A DNA stretch of 64,000 nucleotides from Callorhinchus milii (lineage: Eukaryota): the NCBI RefSeq assembly GCF_018977255.1, contig NW_024704743.1:70000001-70064000 (forward strand), read 5' to 3'. This document shows positions 25,314 to 39,005 of this stretch, in pieces. The notes under the pieces are model-generated. The model had not been told where the DNA came from, searched no databases, and saw only the letters and a program-made list of their open reading frames with translations. Made by a program: the position numbers and the translations under genes. The number at the start of each line of letters is the position of its first letter. Positions within the stretch are counted from its first letter, which is position 1.

Positions 25314-26320
25314 CTAAAATTAAACAGAGAATACTTTAATAACAGTGGATCATTGACTAAGTAATGTTAGATTTTCTAGAGTGAAGTAAACTAAATGGTC
25401 CTTATCTTGGGCACAGCCACTTTCAAGAATTCTCTCCAGATTAGTTGTCAGTGAAAGGCTTCATTTCATGTCAAACTAAACAACGGGCAGCAACCAATTA
25501 TGTTAGAAGCAAATTACATTGCTTTTAAAACACCTTCTAGAAGATCATTTCAAGTGGTACGTGGGACCAAGTTAGAAAACAGTCAAAAATCCATTTAAAG
25601 CTTAGTGGGTAAATACAACACCCATTCTAGTGTTGCTGAGCACAGATTTGATCCTTGGTATGTGATCAGTTTTGGCTACATTGGGGGTTCAAATACAAAA
25701 CATAGTCACTACACTTGACAATAAATCGTGAGGAGGAATTTCAAATATACAGTCAATTCACTTTACAGCATACTCTGTGAAGCGCTTTGAGACTCTGCAG
25801 CTCGTGTACTTTCACGCACCAGGCTCCGTGACCCCATCACTCCCACCCTCGCCCGACTCCACTGGCTCCCCATCCTCCAGAGGATCAAGGTCAAGATCCT
25901 CGTCCTCACCTTTAAGGCCATCCATAGCCTTGTCCCCTCCTACCTCTCTGACCTGCTGACTCGCTACCAACCTTGCTGGGGACATCCTCCACATGGGCAA
26001 ATAGCCTGCAAACATTTATAATCTGGGTCCACAGATAATAATGGTTTCCTGCCCAGCACTTTCAGGATCAGAATGGAGACAAAGGAGACTTTTAGTTTGG
26101 GTGGACAGGAGAGAAATCCATTTAAAATCATAGCAAAAACAAATGATTCCATCTCACAAATTGTGCTTTGTACAAAACAGTTCAATCAAATTATGAATTC
26201 ATGTTTTACGCTAATTTTGGCACCTTCTAATACTAAACCATTCAGATGAGGATATGTTTGACCTTTTAAACAAAGATTTTTTATGAGCAAATCTCAAACA
26301 AGGCATTTGAGTGGATTTAC

Positions 26321-26497
26321 CTCTTCTGTTTTTGTGGTGACTTGCAACTCCCTGTCAGTGCCCTGCTGCTTCCTGCTCTCGCCCTCTGCACGGCTGGCAG
26401 AGCAGTAATGGTTATCTGCTATTGTGATCTCCTCATTTTCCTCTGCTTCCAACTGACTCTGATTGAACCGTAGTGATCCTTTCAAAATGTCCTTGAT
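26321..26497 (-). CDS. TBC1D5: TBC1D5 penultimate coding exon, IKDILKGSLRFNQSQLEAEENEEITIADNHYCS...TKTEE
   Basis: 177 nt, ctttgacag acceptor and gtaaat donor, phase 0-0. The N-terminal part is near-identical to human IKDILKGSLRFNQSQLEAEENEQITIADNHYCS. Confidence 0.94.
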
Positions 26498-29400
26498 CTG
26501 TCAAAGAGAATTGAACATGATTAAAGGTCAAGTAGATCAGAACTGAAAAGGAACCTCTGGAGCAAATGTGGCTGTTTGAAAAATACAGAGCTCATAAAAT
26601 AGATTATCATGTAAACTGTAAACCATGATATATAAAGACAGAAATTATTTGTTTTTCTTCCCAAACAATTTTTTGAACTTAGAAACAGCCAGACAGAGTG
26701 CTTGCTGTTTAGGACTGTTAGGACAGGGTCTTCTTACACAATGAAGTCAACCTTGGAACCCAACGAACAACAACAAATTACATTTATATGCACCTTTCAT
26801 GACAGGAGGACGTCCCAAGGCACTGGACAGTCAGGGATCTGCACCTGAACACAATCTGTTAAAATGATAGGAGGTGACTGACTGTACATGTTTACCGTCT
26901 GGCCTGTAGTGCTAACAGATTTTAAATACGTCCAGCCTATGACTGCCAATGTGCATCCTGGATGTAAGTTGGCATTGTTGAGAGTTGAGCTCTTTGGTAA
27001 AGCCCTTAAATAGGGATCTGGATTAAGTAGATGGAGCTTAATGCAAACCTGATCCATGACTGGAAGATAAGAGGCATTGTGCAAGATGACCGACAAAAGT
27101 CTATCTGTCAACTTTGACTTGATGACAATGACTGCTGCCGCTGGATTGTGGGTGCAATGTGGGTTCAAAAACATTCACAGGTGCACACACCTTTGTGAAG
27201 GACTTGTGGCTCCCATAGTTATTATCCAGAGTAAGAAAATGCTGGCAACGCACCTGCACATGTATGTAGAACAGAGATGTTACCATTTTTCCTGCCATTC
27301 TGGGATTCTTTTCCCTTTAGCTTTCATTGACATACCGTATAGCAACGACCCACATTTCTTGGAACAACTCCATTCACTTCAATGAGGCTGAACTTTGAGG
27401 GGTGGGGAAGAAGGTTGAGCAGCCAATTTAGAACCACCTAAATTTGCAAATCATAGTACTGTCTGGATGCCAATGTTTACAAGATAGAGAGGGAAGAAGG
27501 CCTGAATGGCAGGCCTTGTGGAAGCTAGTTGAATGGGGGACCTTGGGCGCAAAGTACTCTTTGGACCTTCTTCCCCACCCCTTATCTGCAAAAAGCAGGA
27601 CTTAATGCAATAAACTTAGCATAACGTATGCTGTGAATGTACAGTCAATGTATTGGAAATGGCAGCATCTTTAGCTTGATATCAACAGAATAGTGAAGGC
27701 AGGGTTAATCACTCACACTGTGGCTAGTCGCACAGCTTATTAGTGCTGCATGCTAGAACAAGGTAGAAGCCGCTGGAGGACACTCCTACAGATCTAATCT
27801 CTATGAAACTTAATTGGAAGTGACACTTATACACATTCAGCAGTCTGAGCATCCCTAAAGATGATTGCAGCTTAGTTCAGGTCAATAACAAAGTACACAA
27901 TAATGCAGAGAATAGTAATCTTGTATTTCATTTGAAACATATCTCTGTAAATGAGTGCAGCACAAAAATAATAAGAGCCTATGGCTCATAAATGACGAAA
28001 TACAATTCCAGCTCCCATCAGCAGTTGTGAAATCAAGATTTTCTCTTAAAGTCTTTCCTTGATTCAAACCTATGCCACCTTCTATTCTTGGCATCCAAGA
28101 ATTTCACTATATGGAACTACAGGTTTGCGCTCAAATGTATTGTGGAACCACACTGCTGAAAGATGTGGTTCCATTCAGAACCACCATTGAATTACAAAAA
28201 AGAATTTGAAGACAGAGCATCTGGCTCAAAGTTTCCGACTCAAAATAATGGGATGGAAAAAGTGCACGAGGAAAATGGTGTTTATTGTTGTGGTGAGATA
28301 CTTATTTTTCTCTACGTATTTCCCCACAAACAATTAAGGTTTTGCTGTCAAGATGAAGGACAGGAAATTTGTGCCACTAAAGGCCACGAGAATGAGCCTG
28401 AGCTGGTTGGGAGATCCTCTGACTGCTGTCATAATGTGGACATATGAGACCTCCGTTCAATGCTGCTGGAGTGGGTGCGAGTCAGTCACTGTGATATTGC
28501 TTCTATTTGTTGTTGTAAGGAAATTAATTTGATTTGAAACTAAACGTGACCATTGCCCAGGCAACAGGGAGAGGATGCCCATGGAGGAAATACAAATTGA
28601 AATTCAAAAGGAATATTCTGAGCTTGCTAAGACTCTATGATACTATTACAGCCAATCATAGTATTGCTGTTGTCGCAGCAGTGAGCCGACACCACATAAT
28701 AGCAACGAAAGGCAAATCTCTTTTGAAACAAATGATTTCAGTGTTTTGATTGAGCACCTCTCCGCGCAAGAATCATTTAAATACGCACTGCCTGGCAGAA
28801 AGGGTTTACAGCACAGAAGGATGCTTTACGACCCACTGTGCCTGTGCTGGTCCTAACTCCCCCACTGTATCTATCTTCTCTAGTGCCTGCATCCTTTATT
28901 ATAACGCTTCACTTACTTATGTATCTGACGATTTCCCTTTTCTGCTAAGAATTCACTTTCAACAGACATTTTGGTAAGGCTATCTATTGCCTGTGTGTGT
29001 AAAAAAATCTAAATGATAAATTATGTAACTATTTCTCTTATGTAACTAATTTTTTACATGAGAGAATACGAATCATATCCTTACGACAGCAAAAGGCTAC
29101 CATAAGCTACAAAACTAACTGGATTTTCTTCCGTAAAATGTACACTCTAAATATATTAACATTTTAACTGGCGTAAGAAGCTTTGGCCATGTTTAGTAGG
29201 ACTTTCTCAACTAAAAGCCAAGAACACCTTGCACTGGACTCCAGTATGCTTCCTTCTAAACATTCTGTAAACTGCTGCATCTCAAGTGATTAATGCTGAC
29301 AGCCATCATTCTAATGAGTGCCAATGTGCTACTGGTGTAATAAATTACTGTGAAATGGGTGCAATTATCAGCACATTCTGTGCAATGTCGCTCACTGTAT

Positions 29401-29699
29401 TATTGCAAAATGTGCATAAGCATCAGAGACCTGAAATTTTACCCAGTCTTAGTTGTAAGACCTTAGGTAGACCTAAACATTTAAAACATATGGATTGTGG
29501 AACGTTTTTAAATTCAGTCTTAGAATCTGTCTTAAATTTCAGTCTTAAATTCAATTTTAGAATCTGGTTTACTTCTTTTTACGAATTGCAAAAAAACTGA
29601 CGTCCAAATTGAGAAATAATTTAAAATGTTCCAAAATTCTTCACTTCCAATTCTTCTGAGGACTGATCAGACATCGCTGGTCTCTCCAGCTCCACCACA

Positions 29700-30190
29700 C
29701 ACAAAATCAAATTAAAAAGTCCACCGCCCGGATACTCACCCACACAAAACTCCGTACCCCCATCACACCAGTCCTTTCCAGGCTCCTCTGGCTCCCAATC
29801 GCTGAACTTCAAGATTCTTTCACTCGTTTGCAAATCACTCCATTCCCTTGCACCTCCCTATCTATCCAACCTGCTTATCTATCCACTCCACCTCCCGCTG
29901 CCTCCACTTGGCTGACTCTAGCCTCCTATTTATCCCTCGTACCCTCCATTTCACCATCGGTGGCCGTGCCTTCAGCCATTACGCCCCAAAACTCTGGGAC
30001 TCTCACCCTCAATCCCTCCGCCTTGCCCCCTCCCTCCCCATCTTCGAATCGCGCCTAAAGACTTTCCTTTTTGATCGTGCTTACAGTCATCTCCCCCCTC
30101 CCTTGACTCGTTGTCAGATTCTGCTACTGTGAAGCACTCCGGGACGCTACCCCATGTGAAGGGCGCTATTTAAATGCAAATTGTTGTTGT
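29700..30190 (+). mobile_element. L2-clade LINE 3' fragment (family B)
   Basis: IGGRAFSHYAPKLW..LKTFLF and the family B stem-loop tail. Confidence 0.85.
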
Positions 30191-30571
30191 AAAGCTGTTC
30201 GGAACAAGGCTTTTACACAACAGGGAATACGCAGGGAACAAACCTAAAACAAGCAATAAATAATGCTGAACATAAAAATGGTAAAAATGGGAAAGAGCAC
30301 ACAGCATGTTACCAAGTCATTAACCTGTACATCACCTAAGAAAAAAGGCTTCACAATAGCAAGCATTTTATGTAGGCAAATCTCCCTCTTGCCTCCATGG
30401 TTGACAGCAATTGCTATTTTATGTGAAGATTCAATGAATCAGAAAGAATATATCATCGGTTGGCTCCTGAGCTGAAGTGGACAGGTGATATTAATCATAG
30501 GTATGTTTGGGAGGAGGAATATCAAGTCATTTTATTCAAGTAATAAAAAAGGAATATGTTATTATATCTAC

Positions 30572-30651
30572 CTGTTTAAGTCCAGCCAGTGATACCAAGA
30601 TTTCATCTTCTTTTTGAAGGTTTTCTTTTAGAATTACATCTTGTATTTTGC
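30572..30651 (-). CDS. TBC1D5: TBC1D5 coding exon, (G)KIQDVILKENLQKEDEILVSLAGLKQ
   Basis: 80 nt, ttgcag acceptor and gtagat donor, phase 1 to 0. Matches human NIQDVILQENLEKEDQILVSLAGLKQ. Confidence 0.94.
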
Positions 30652-30914
30652 CTGCAACGCAAAAATAAATTTTACTTCAAAACAGGTTACTTTGACTAAA
30701 ACATTACTTGCTATGTTTCAATTCAAAGGCAGATAAATCCTCTTGTACCTAGATTATAAGCAACAACCTTTTTGTTAATAAGCAATTTTACTGGTGAAAA
30801 TCTAATTTCCAGAAAGTTATTCTCCAGAGCTAAGAGCTAAACTGATTCTTCATTACTGATAGGTTTAAACAGCTCTTTAAAACATAAACTTGCGATAGGC
30901 AAACTAGTTTTATA

Positions 30915-31485
30915 AAACAAGAACAGAAGTCGCTGGGAACACTCAGCAGGTCAAGCAGCATCTATGGAGAAAGGAAAGTGAGTCAACTTTTTGGGTCCAT
31001 GACCCTTCCTCAGAACTGGGGCATATTGGGAGGGAGAGGCTTTTAAGGACTGACAGAGAGGTGGGAGGCAGAGCAAGGAAGACAAAGGAGAAAATGGGAT
31101 ACAGGACAGGGGATGATGGGTTAAAGAGGTGTCAATAATGAAAAACAAAGGAGGAGAATTGTAACAAAACAGACAGACCAGAGAGAGAAAAAGTGTGTCT
31201 GGGAACCAGATGATGTGATAATGGTCACAGAAGAGGGAGAGGGGGAAGGTGAGCTGTTATAGTCTGAAATTGTTGAAATCATATTGAGGCCAGAGGGCTG
31301 TAAGGTCCCTTGCAGATAAATGAGGTGCTGTTCCTTGAGCTTGCGCTGTGGTTCATTGGAACAGCGTAGGAGACCGTGGATGGAGAGGTCAGAGCGCGAG
31401 TGGGAGGGAGAGTTGAAATGGCAAAAAACTGGAATCTCAGGGTTGTGCTTGCGGACAGAACGGAGGTGTTCGGCAAATCGAATGC
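30915..31485 (-). mobile_element. Penelope-like element fragment: GIY-YIG C-terminus plus terminal region
   Basis: RFAEHLRSVRKHNPEIPVFCHFNSPSH..R.KLKEQHLIY..GTLQPSGLN, typical of the PLE endonuclease end, followed by a hammerhead-like motif. Confidence 0.85.
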
Positions 31486-32329
31486 TCACAATAGGTTCTC
31501 CACACTGTCTGAGCTATTGTATTTATCTTTTAAGCAAACCTTGGCTGTGCCAATTCTCTTTGGTGCTGAATGTGACAGAACTCGTAAGTCAACTTAGGGG
31601 CTGATTCTGTGTCAAAAGCAGACAAGAAAATAAAATACATTTTCATTTGTAATTTATCAGCCAGAGTCAGAAGTAGGAGGCAAGGAATGCCGGATGATTC
31701 TGAACCACCTATGTTATCTTTAACCTGCATTTCTATTGAACCCTGGGCTCAACCATGAAAATTGTGACTGAGCAGAGGCCATGCATAATGGCAAGGAAAT
31801 CAGAAAGCCGATTCCGTCACTGCTTTTGTAGTGGTCAGTTATAAAGTCACATCAGCAAAGGAGGTTAAAAGGTTACTGGTTGACCCTCTTGATCACGGAA
31901 TGGTGTACAGTTTAGGGATATTTAAAGAGGTTCGTAATCACTATGGACACAATAATACTCTCCAGTACTAATATTTCCTGACTCAGATTCTTTGTGAGTA
32001 GCATTTAGTTAGCCCTAAACACACAGGTTTAGCACGACAAGAGGCAATTTCAAGACAGACATTAGTATGTATTTATTTACCCAGAGTGTAATTAATGCCT
32101 GGAACAGGTTATTAGGAAAAGTATTTGAGGCCTGGGCACTAAACTCGTTTAAAATAAAAAACTTGATGCTTTGATTGTAAGGTGGGTGTTCTGCAAGGAT
32201 GAGGTGAAATTGGGTGAGGAAATCAGGGAGATACAAAAAAACATCAAGAAAAAGAAAATCAGGGAGAAGAGAGATCAGAGTCGAAGTAAAAAAATTAAGC
32301 AATCGGGGACGGGATTTAAGGAAGGAGAG

Positions 32330-32767
32330 AATAATAATCCTAGCATTTGATATAGCACCTTATCATATTGTTGAGACGTCTCAAAACCCTCCACAGGATA
32401 TACTGTAAATATATACTGTATGTATATAGTGTGACTGTGTATTCTGTAGGCGAACGCAGCAGCCAATTTGCACAGATAGCCACTTGAGTGAATGCCCAAT
32501 TTTATTTTATTTTATTTGGACAATTGTTGGCCAGGACACAGGGAGAAACTCTCTTCTCTTTTTGAATAGGGCCATGGGATCTTTAACGTCCATCTGTAAA
32601 GGTAGATGGGACCTCAGTTTAAAGGCTCATCTGAAAAGAACGGCCTCTCGCACTGCTTTGGAGCGTCAGCATAGACTATTTGGGTTCCAGATCCCGACTT
32701 GAGGCTTGAACCCACAACCTACTGACTCAGAGGCAAGAGTGCTATCAGCCCAGCCAGGCTAACACAC
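32330..32767 (-). mobile_element. Deu-domain SINE, near full length
   Basis: Head agcactcttgcctctgagtcag..ggttcaagcc, Deu block gacgttaaagatcccatggc..gtgtcctggccaa, (TTA)n tail. Confidence 0.8.
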
Positions 32768-34636
32768 CGGGGGAGGGGGGGGTGGGGGGAGAGGGGTAAA
32801 AAGGAAAATCTATGAGCCATGGTTGAAGAAAGGGATTAAAGGGAGCGTAGAAATCATTTCAGGCATCAGGATCAGCCTCATGCTGAAACAGCTGTGAAAA
32901 CAAGGGATGAGATCTGTGATCCGTAAGAGAAGGATCATCATAGCGTGTTCAGATTAAAAGGAAAAACTGCTCCAGAATAACACAAATGTAAATACAAAAG
33001 AGGCTGTGATCCTTGTGTTCGCTGACATACTGTAGACTCCAGCGATGGGCCAGTGGATCCAGAAACAGAAAATATATTGCAACCAAAGCATTCTCATTTG
33101 TACTTTAAGTAGTGCCTCCATAATATTTTGAATAAAGATTATACGTAACTCCGCTTTTAATGTATAAAAACTATGTTAGTAATTGAAATATGACTGATTT
33201 GAAATATGAATGTAGAACAGTGTTAAGTAAGCGATACACGATAGTTGAAATGTCATCAGTGACAAAATTGATGGCTTGTGATGCAGGGTTCAATGAGCAG
33301 AAACATTGGTTCCAGTGTGCATCCACAAGTACTGCAACAATCCACTATCAAATATCAAATGTGGTGACTTCAACAGAGGAATGAGCTACATTCACTGGGG
33401 ATCATCCTCATTGCTCTCCTCTGCACTACCTTCAGGGCTTCCCCTTATGTCACGGTGACCGGAACTGTATGCAGTATTCAACGTGAGGTCTGCCCAGAGC
33501 ATGTACAGTCTGAGTATAGCATTTGGGGATCTAAACTCAACTAATTTAGCAATACCTGTAGAAGCAATGGTGTTCTACTGTATTAACATAGAGCACATTT
33601 CTACTTATTCTTAAATTTAATTGGCATCTTACACGATGCTGAATGGTCAAGATATAGTCCAGAAACTCAATGCCTGCACTTTAAGTGTACAAATAATCTG
33701 AAGGGGTAATTACTGCAATCAATATCAAATGAGGTAGTAACTCTTGAACCACTGCTTTCTCCCCAAGATGTGTCATTATGTGCCAGAATATCTAGAAAGT
33801 CCTTGATTTATTATTGAAGTATTACTTTCCCTGGAAATTTATTTGAGACTCTACCCTTCATCGAAATATTTGAAAAATTATGATTTTATTGAGGCACTAA
33901 TGCTATTGTTGCTTGTAACATCACATTAAAATTACTTTAATGGTTTAGTGTTTATGGCATATACCCAATTCAGCCTACCCTTCATGACAGAATGTTTCAT
34001 ATAGACTATAAAGATACAATGTAAGTCACACTTACTGCTAAGTGAAAAGCACATGTAAATGTACTCCACATGTATATGTCAAGTGCTTCAAGGGTGTGTG
34101 AAGGGCACTATATAAATGCAAGTTGTTGCTCTAAATTAGGTACTGACAGGATTAGGTCAACACTCGGTTGTTATCTGGATCAGCCAGACACGCATGTGGT
34201 GGTAGACAACTGTGAGCTGTAGAGCATTGATCACCTAACAGGTGATTTCACACAATTAAGCTTTAAAAAAAAGCAAGTATTTTGTTTCACAGAAAACCTT
34301 ATTTCTTTCCAAACACACAAAACTGCTAGCGCACAATTAAAGCTATGACGTCCCTAAAGCACATCTCTCAAAGATGTATCAATCAGATTAAATGAATCAC
34401 AGCATCAAGTCATAAAGCATGAAGGCTAAAACTGCTATAGTGTTTTCAAAAGTTGGGGTAACAGCTGATCAAAGTAAATTAAATTACTTAGAGAGGAAAA
34501 CACTGAACCAAAATTTACAGGCGCTGATAAATGAGTAACTACACAGATAAATATTTATAATTTATACAAGCACCAATGTTTTCTACATAATGAAAATATT
34601 ATTTGCTTAGTGAAAACAAATACCATTAGAACTTAC

Positions 34637-34736
34637 CAAGGTGCACATTCATCATCTTAGCACAGAATTTGCACATGGCCTCCAGGTCATTCAGTTGCCC
34701 TTGGAGAAATGATACCTGTGCCTCCAGTTCCTCCTC
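34637..34736 (-). CDS. TBC1D5: TBC1D5 coding exon, EEELEAQVSFLQGQLNDLEAMCKFCAKMMNVHL(G), coiled-coil region
   Basis: 100 nt, tttcag acceptor and gtaag donor, phase 0 to 1. Matches human EEELEAQISFLQGQLNDLDAMCKYCAK. Not in the ORF track. Confidence 0.95.
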
Positions 34737-35849
34737 CTGAAAGTAAAGTAATGGAGCTCTTACAAATCTGAAGCATGTCTTACCTCTTAGCACTTCACAA
34801 TAAGCTACACTATATATTACGTGCTTTGTTTTAGAGTTTTAAAAGGAAAAATCCAGCAATATTGTAAGGAACATGGATTTGGGCCAAATGTTTTCATCGC
34901 ATTGATTTTATTTCCCTTCACTATTTTAGAGTCCTGCAATCACAGTGCCTAAAGATAAATTCTTTTCAGAAACTGTGGACAATTGGTAATTCACTTCATG
35001 GTTCTTTGTGGGACATCACCTTGCAAAAATTGGCTACTGCATTCGCTCACAAAACACACAGTCGCTGCACTAACAGTATATGCTTTGAAGTGCTTTGGGA
35101 CATTATTATTTAAAACCAGCTTCCAAAATAAAACTGAATTTTAAAAAATTCTAAAATTGTACTGGTATTAAATTCAAAAATAATTTAAATTTTAAGACGA
35201 ATCGTCTTGAGGCTAAGGCCATGAGTAAATTGGAATGTGTTAATTTTAATAAATGCAACTTTTATTTGCTTACATTGAAGCTGACAGATCTTTATTCGGG
35301 GAATACATACCAATATTTCTGAAAAAGGTACCTTTTCAACAAACACAAGATTACATTTGTATAGCGCCTTTCACGTTGGGAGGACGTCCCAAAGCGCTGG
35401 ACAGTATACAGCATTTCAAACCTGAGCTGGGGTCAGGGAGTTTTATAATTTTATAATTTATAATATCATGCCATTATAAACATAGAATACAATGTGGATG
35501 TGGAATATGTAGACCAGTTAGCCGAACAGCTGTCATAGGGATAATGCTTAAGAACACAACACATGATGCTATTAATGATCATTTACAGAGCTGAGGTCAC
35601 AGTATCAGCATGGATTTAGAAACAATAGCCCGCATTAATCTGCTAAAATCCTTTGTTGCTAACACATTAAATGGATAGGATGGATCCAATGAACAAAATG
35701 TCAGAAGGCATTTAATATAATTCCATCTGTGAGATTTTTAAAGATGATTAAACCTGACGGACATCGTGGAAAATTAGTTAGCGGTAAAACTGTCTTAACA
35801 GTAGGAAACAGGTATGATAACTACGGGTAAAACTCTCATAAAGCCCTCA

Positions 35850-36057
35850 CTTTTCTGGGGGTAATAATTCCCTCAAAAAAAAATTGGTAACGCTTTAATC
35901 CATGACTGTTTGAGAGACACTGCTGTGCTCAATTGGCTGCTGTGTTTCGCCCACAAAATATACATTCAATTCACTTTACAGTATATTCTCTGAAGCACAC
36001 TGAGACATCTCGAAGACATGATAAGGCGCTATATCAAAAGCAAGAATTATTATTATT
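35850..36057 (+). mobile_element. 5'-truncated SINE (long-body subfamily)
   Basis: gggggtaataattccc...shared 3' half and (TTA)n tail. Confidence 0.82.
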
Positions 36058-36329
36058 GGGGGAATTACTAGCTGAATTCTACACTATTCATAAATAGTTT
36101 GGAGAACACTTGTAAGATTATTCAACTTGCTTATGATACTATCTTACATGGATCAATCACAAATATACAATAGAATAGACAAAGTTACATGCATACACAC
36201 AACTTACAGCACCCAAAACAGCCCATCTGGTCCGGGGGGTGTTTATACTTCACAAGAGCCTCCAACCTTCCTAATCACTCCTCCCTAGCGGTTTCCATAC
36301 ACATATATTCCTTTTTCTCTTATGTATTT

Positions 36330-36520
36330 ATGGTTAAACGTCAGCAATAATCCAGCCAAACAATCTGGGGTCCACCAGCCTTAGCACTTTCTAACCTGAG
36401 CTCAATACTTTCCACAAGCAGATAAGCAGGACATGTCCCTCCCTCTGGAGTCACAGTACACCTTACATTCTAGACAAAGGATGGCGATGGGTTTTGTTTA
36501 TCAGACACTTAGTGTACTAA
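36330..36520 (+). repeat. Unassigned dispersed repeat fragment (copy 3)
   Basis: tggttaaa..cagca..ggggtcc..aacctg..taagcaggacatgtccctcc..gatgggttt..cagacact. Confidence 0.6.
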
Positions 36521-36859
36521 AAAACAAAAACAAACAGGGAAACTACAGATGTAAATTGTTTACTGTACTTCTATATTTGGGTGAAATATTTTGAATAGAA
36601 TGTTCTCTCTAGGCATTCCTTGCTCCTTAAAGATAGGGTCTTTGGAATGTCTTAGAGCAATATTTTGTGACTTTCTGCATGAAGATTGGCTGATTCTGAA
36701 TTTGTATGGAGACTGAATGAATGAGGAACAATTCTACTTTCTATAATACACACCTCACTGCTGATAAGAATTCAAATTACGATATTTTTCTATATCAGTA
36801 TTCTATAATTTGTATAGCTGATGAAGATTGCATGCTCTGTAACAAAACTCACCGAAACT

Positions 36860-37545
36860 ATCAAGCTACCGGCCCATCTCCAACCTCCCCTTTCTCTCCA
36901 AGGTCCTGGAAAGAGTTGTCGCCTCCCAACTGCGCTCTTTCCTTTCCACCCATTCACTTTTCGAACCCCTTCAGTCAGGTTTCCGTGCTGCCCATAGCAC
37001 AGAAACTGCCCTGGTCAAGGTCACCAATGACATCCTGACCATCTGTGACCAGGGCTCCCTGGAGGATTGATTTCAAGATCCTCATCCTCACCTACAAGGC
37101 CATTCACGGCCTTGCTCCCTACCTCTCCGACCTACCTACCTGCCCGTACCCTCCGTTCCTCCGGCTCCGGTCTGCTCCACGTCCCCCGCCCCAATCGCCC
37201 TACCATTGGTGGTCGGGCCTTCAGCCTCTCAGCCCCGAGGCTCTGGAACTCTATCCCCCAGTGCCTTCGCCGCCTCCTCCCTCTCCTCCTTCAAGGCCGG
37301 TCTCAAAACCTTTCTCTTTGACCGTGCCTTCAGCTCCCCTCTCGACTCTCTTCCCCCTCCTCGCTCCCTCCCTTCCCTCCCCTCACCCTGACCATTTCCC
37401 CCTTCCTCGCTCCCTCCCTTCCCTCCCCTCACCCTGACCATTTCCCCCCTGCTCGGGTCATGACCCAACTGTGCAGCGCCTTGGGACGTCCTCCTGACGT
37501 GAAAGGCACTTTATAAATGGAATCTTGTTGTTGTTGTTGTTGTTG
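36860..37545 (+). mobile_element. L2-clade LINE (family A), internally deleted, with a duplicated 3' UTR unit
   Basis: SYRPISNLPFLSKVLE..HSTETALVKVTND fused at ~37060 to the RIDFKIL C-terminal part. (GTT)n tail. Confidence 0.88.
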
Positions 37546-38531
37546 AAAAGCTACAGCTAACTGAGCCCAAATACAGAGAAAAACTCTCATTATAAAATTA
37601 AATGTTACTTTGTGTTTGATTACTTGGGCTTCTGTGCATAATTGATGAGGGTTTTATACACAATGACAGCAAACTATTTCTGATTGCACCTCACTGAGTG
37701 TGATTGCTTGGAGCGATGTTTTGTTACTTACTGAGGTATTTCAGGTTACAGTGTGAGTAATTTATCGTAGAAGAAAACAGGAAGTGATTTAAGTAACAAG
37801 CAGAGGCACAAACAGTTGAAAGGCACTATATATATGTAAGTTGTATGTAGGTTGTATAAATGTATTTCAACAACAACAACAAAATGCATTTATATAGCAA
37901 CTTTCACGTGCTATTTATATAGTCCCTTTGCGATTATTTGAGCTGCGAAAAGGATCAATTTTCTTATCTACAAGAATATGACCAAGAGGCTGGAAAGATG
38001 CCTTTGGAAACAATGCTAAGTTTCTGTCTGCAGCTAAACCAAACACAGAGCTATTGGTATCTTGTACTCCATTTCCTTCTTAGTGTTTTAAATGTGAATG
38101 AAGTGTATTACTCCTAATAAACAACAATTATACGGTAATAAACAACTTTCTTCCTTGGAAATTGTTTTCAAAATGAGCTCTCTAGAACAGAACAATTAGT
38201 TCTGTGACGTGGGAAGGCAATGGATATTCTGCTGTGGCTGTCTCTTACAAGAAAGATATGGCATCGGATACAAGACTTTTGAATTCAGACGCTAACAATG
38301 AATGACTGGTATTGATATCATGAAAGCTCAACCTGGAATTCAACTGGAACCTCCATGGCTAATTAACTATGCAATACAGATAACAATCATGGACTAATGA
38401 ATTTTAAGGGCATTAACTGCTAATAAATAAATTCACTGGAAAGTTTCCAGTAAATATATTTACATTGCATCTCAATTGACTAAGTTGAAAATTGCAGGTT
38501 TGGCCAATCTATCCTCAAAAAGACATAGAAA

Positions 38532-39005
38532 TCAGGATGGTACCAGGAATGAGGCACTTCAGTTATCAGGAGAGGGTAGAGAAGCTAGAATTATTCTGCT
38601 TGGAGCAGAGAAGGTTAAGAGGAGACTTAATAGAAGTTTTCAAAATGATAAGGGAATTCGATGGGGTGAACAAGGAGAAACTATTTCCACTGGCGGGTGG
38701 GTCGGTAACCCGAGGGCATCAACTTAAAATAGTTGTTAAAAGAAACTGAGGGGAGATGAAGAGCACTTTTTTCACATAGCGAGTTGTTAGGACTTGGAAT
38801 GCATTGCCTGAAAGGGTGGTGGAAGCTGATTCAATAACAACTTTTAAGAGAGAAGTAGATAATTATTTGAGGAAGACAAGTTTGCAGGGCCATGGGGAGA
38901 GAGCAGGGGAGTGGGATTGAATTGGATAGCTCTTTTCAAAGAGCCGGCACAGACAAGATGGGCCGGATGGCCTCCTTCTGTGCTGTATAATTCTATGATT
39001 TTATG
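38532..39005 (+). mobile_element. CR1 LINE 3' fragment
   Basis: [22 protein letters not shown], 3' UTR and attctatgatt tail, same family as 19400-21990. Confidence 0.9.

Noticed and set aside
26850..27390. Possible DNA-transposon coding remnant
   Set aside because: No transposase motif is recognisable in any frame. Only a short ccattcacttcaatg motif is suggestive.
32769..32796. G-run tract as a functional G-quadruplex
   Set aside because: Low-complexity run at a SINE edge with no evidence of function.
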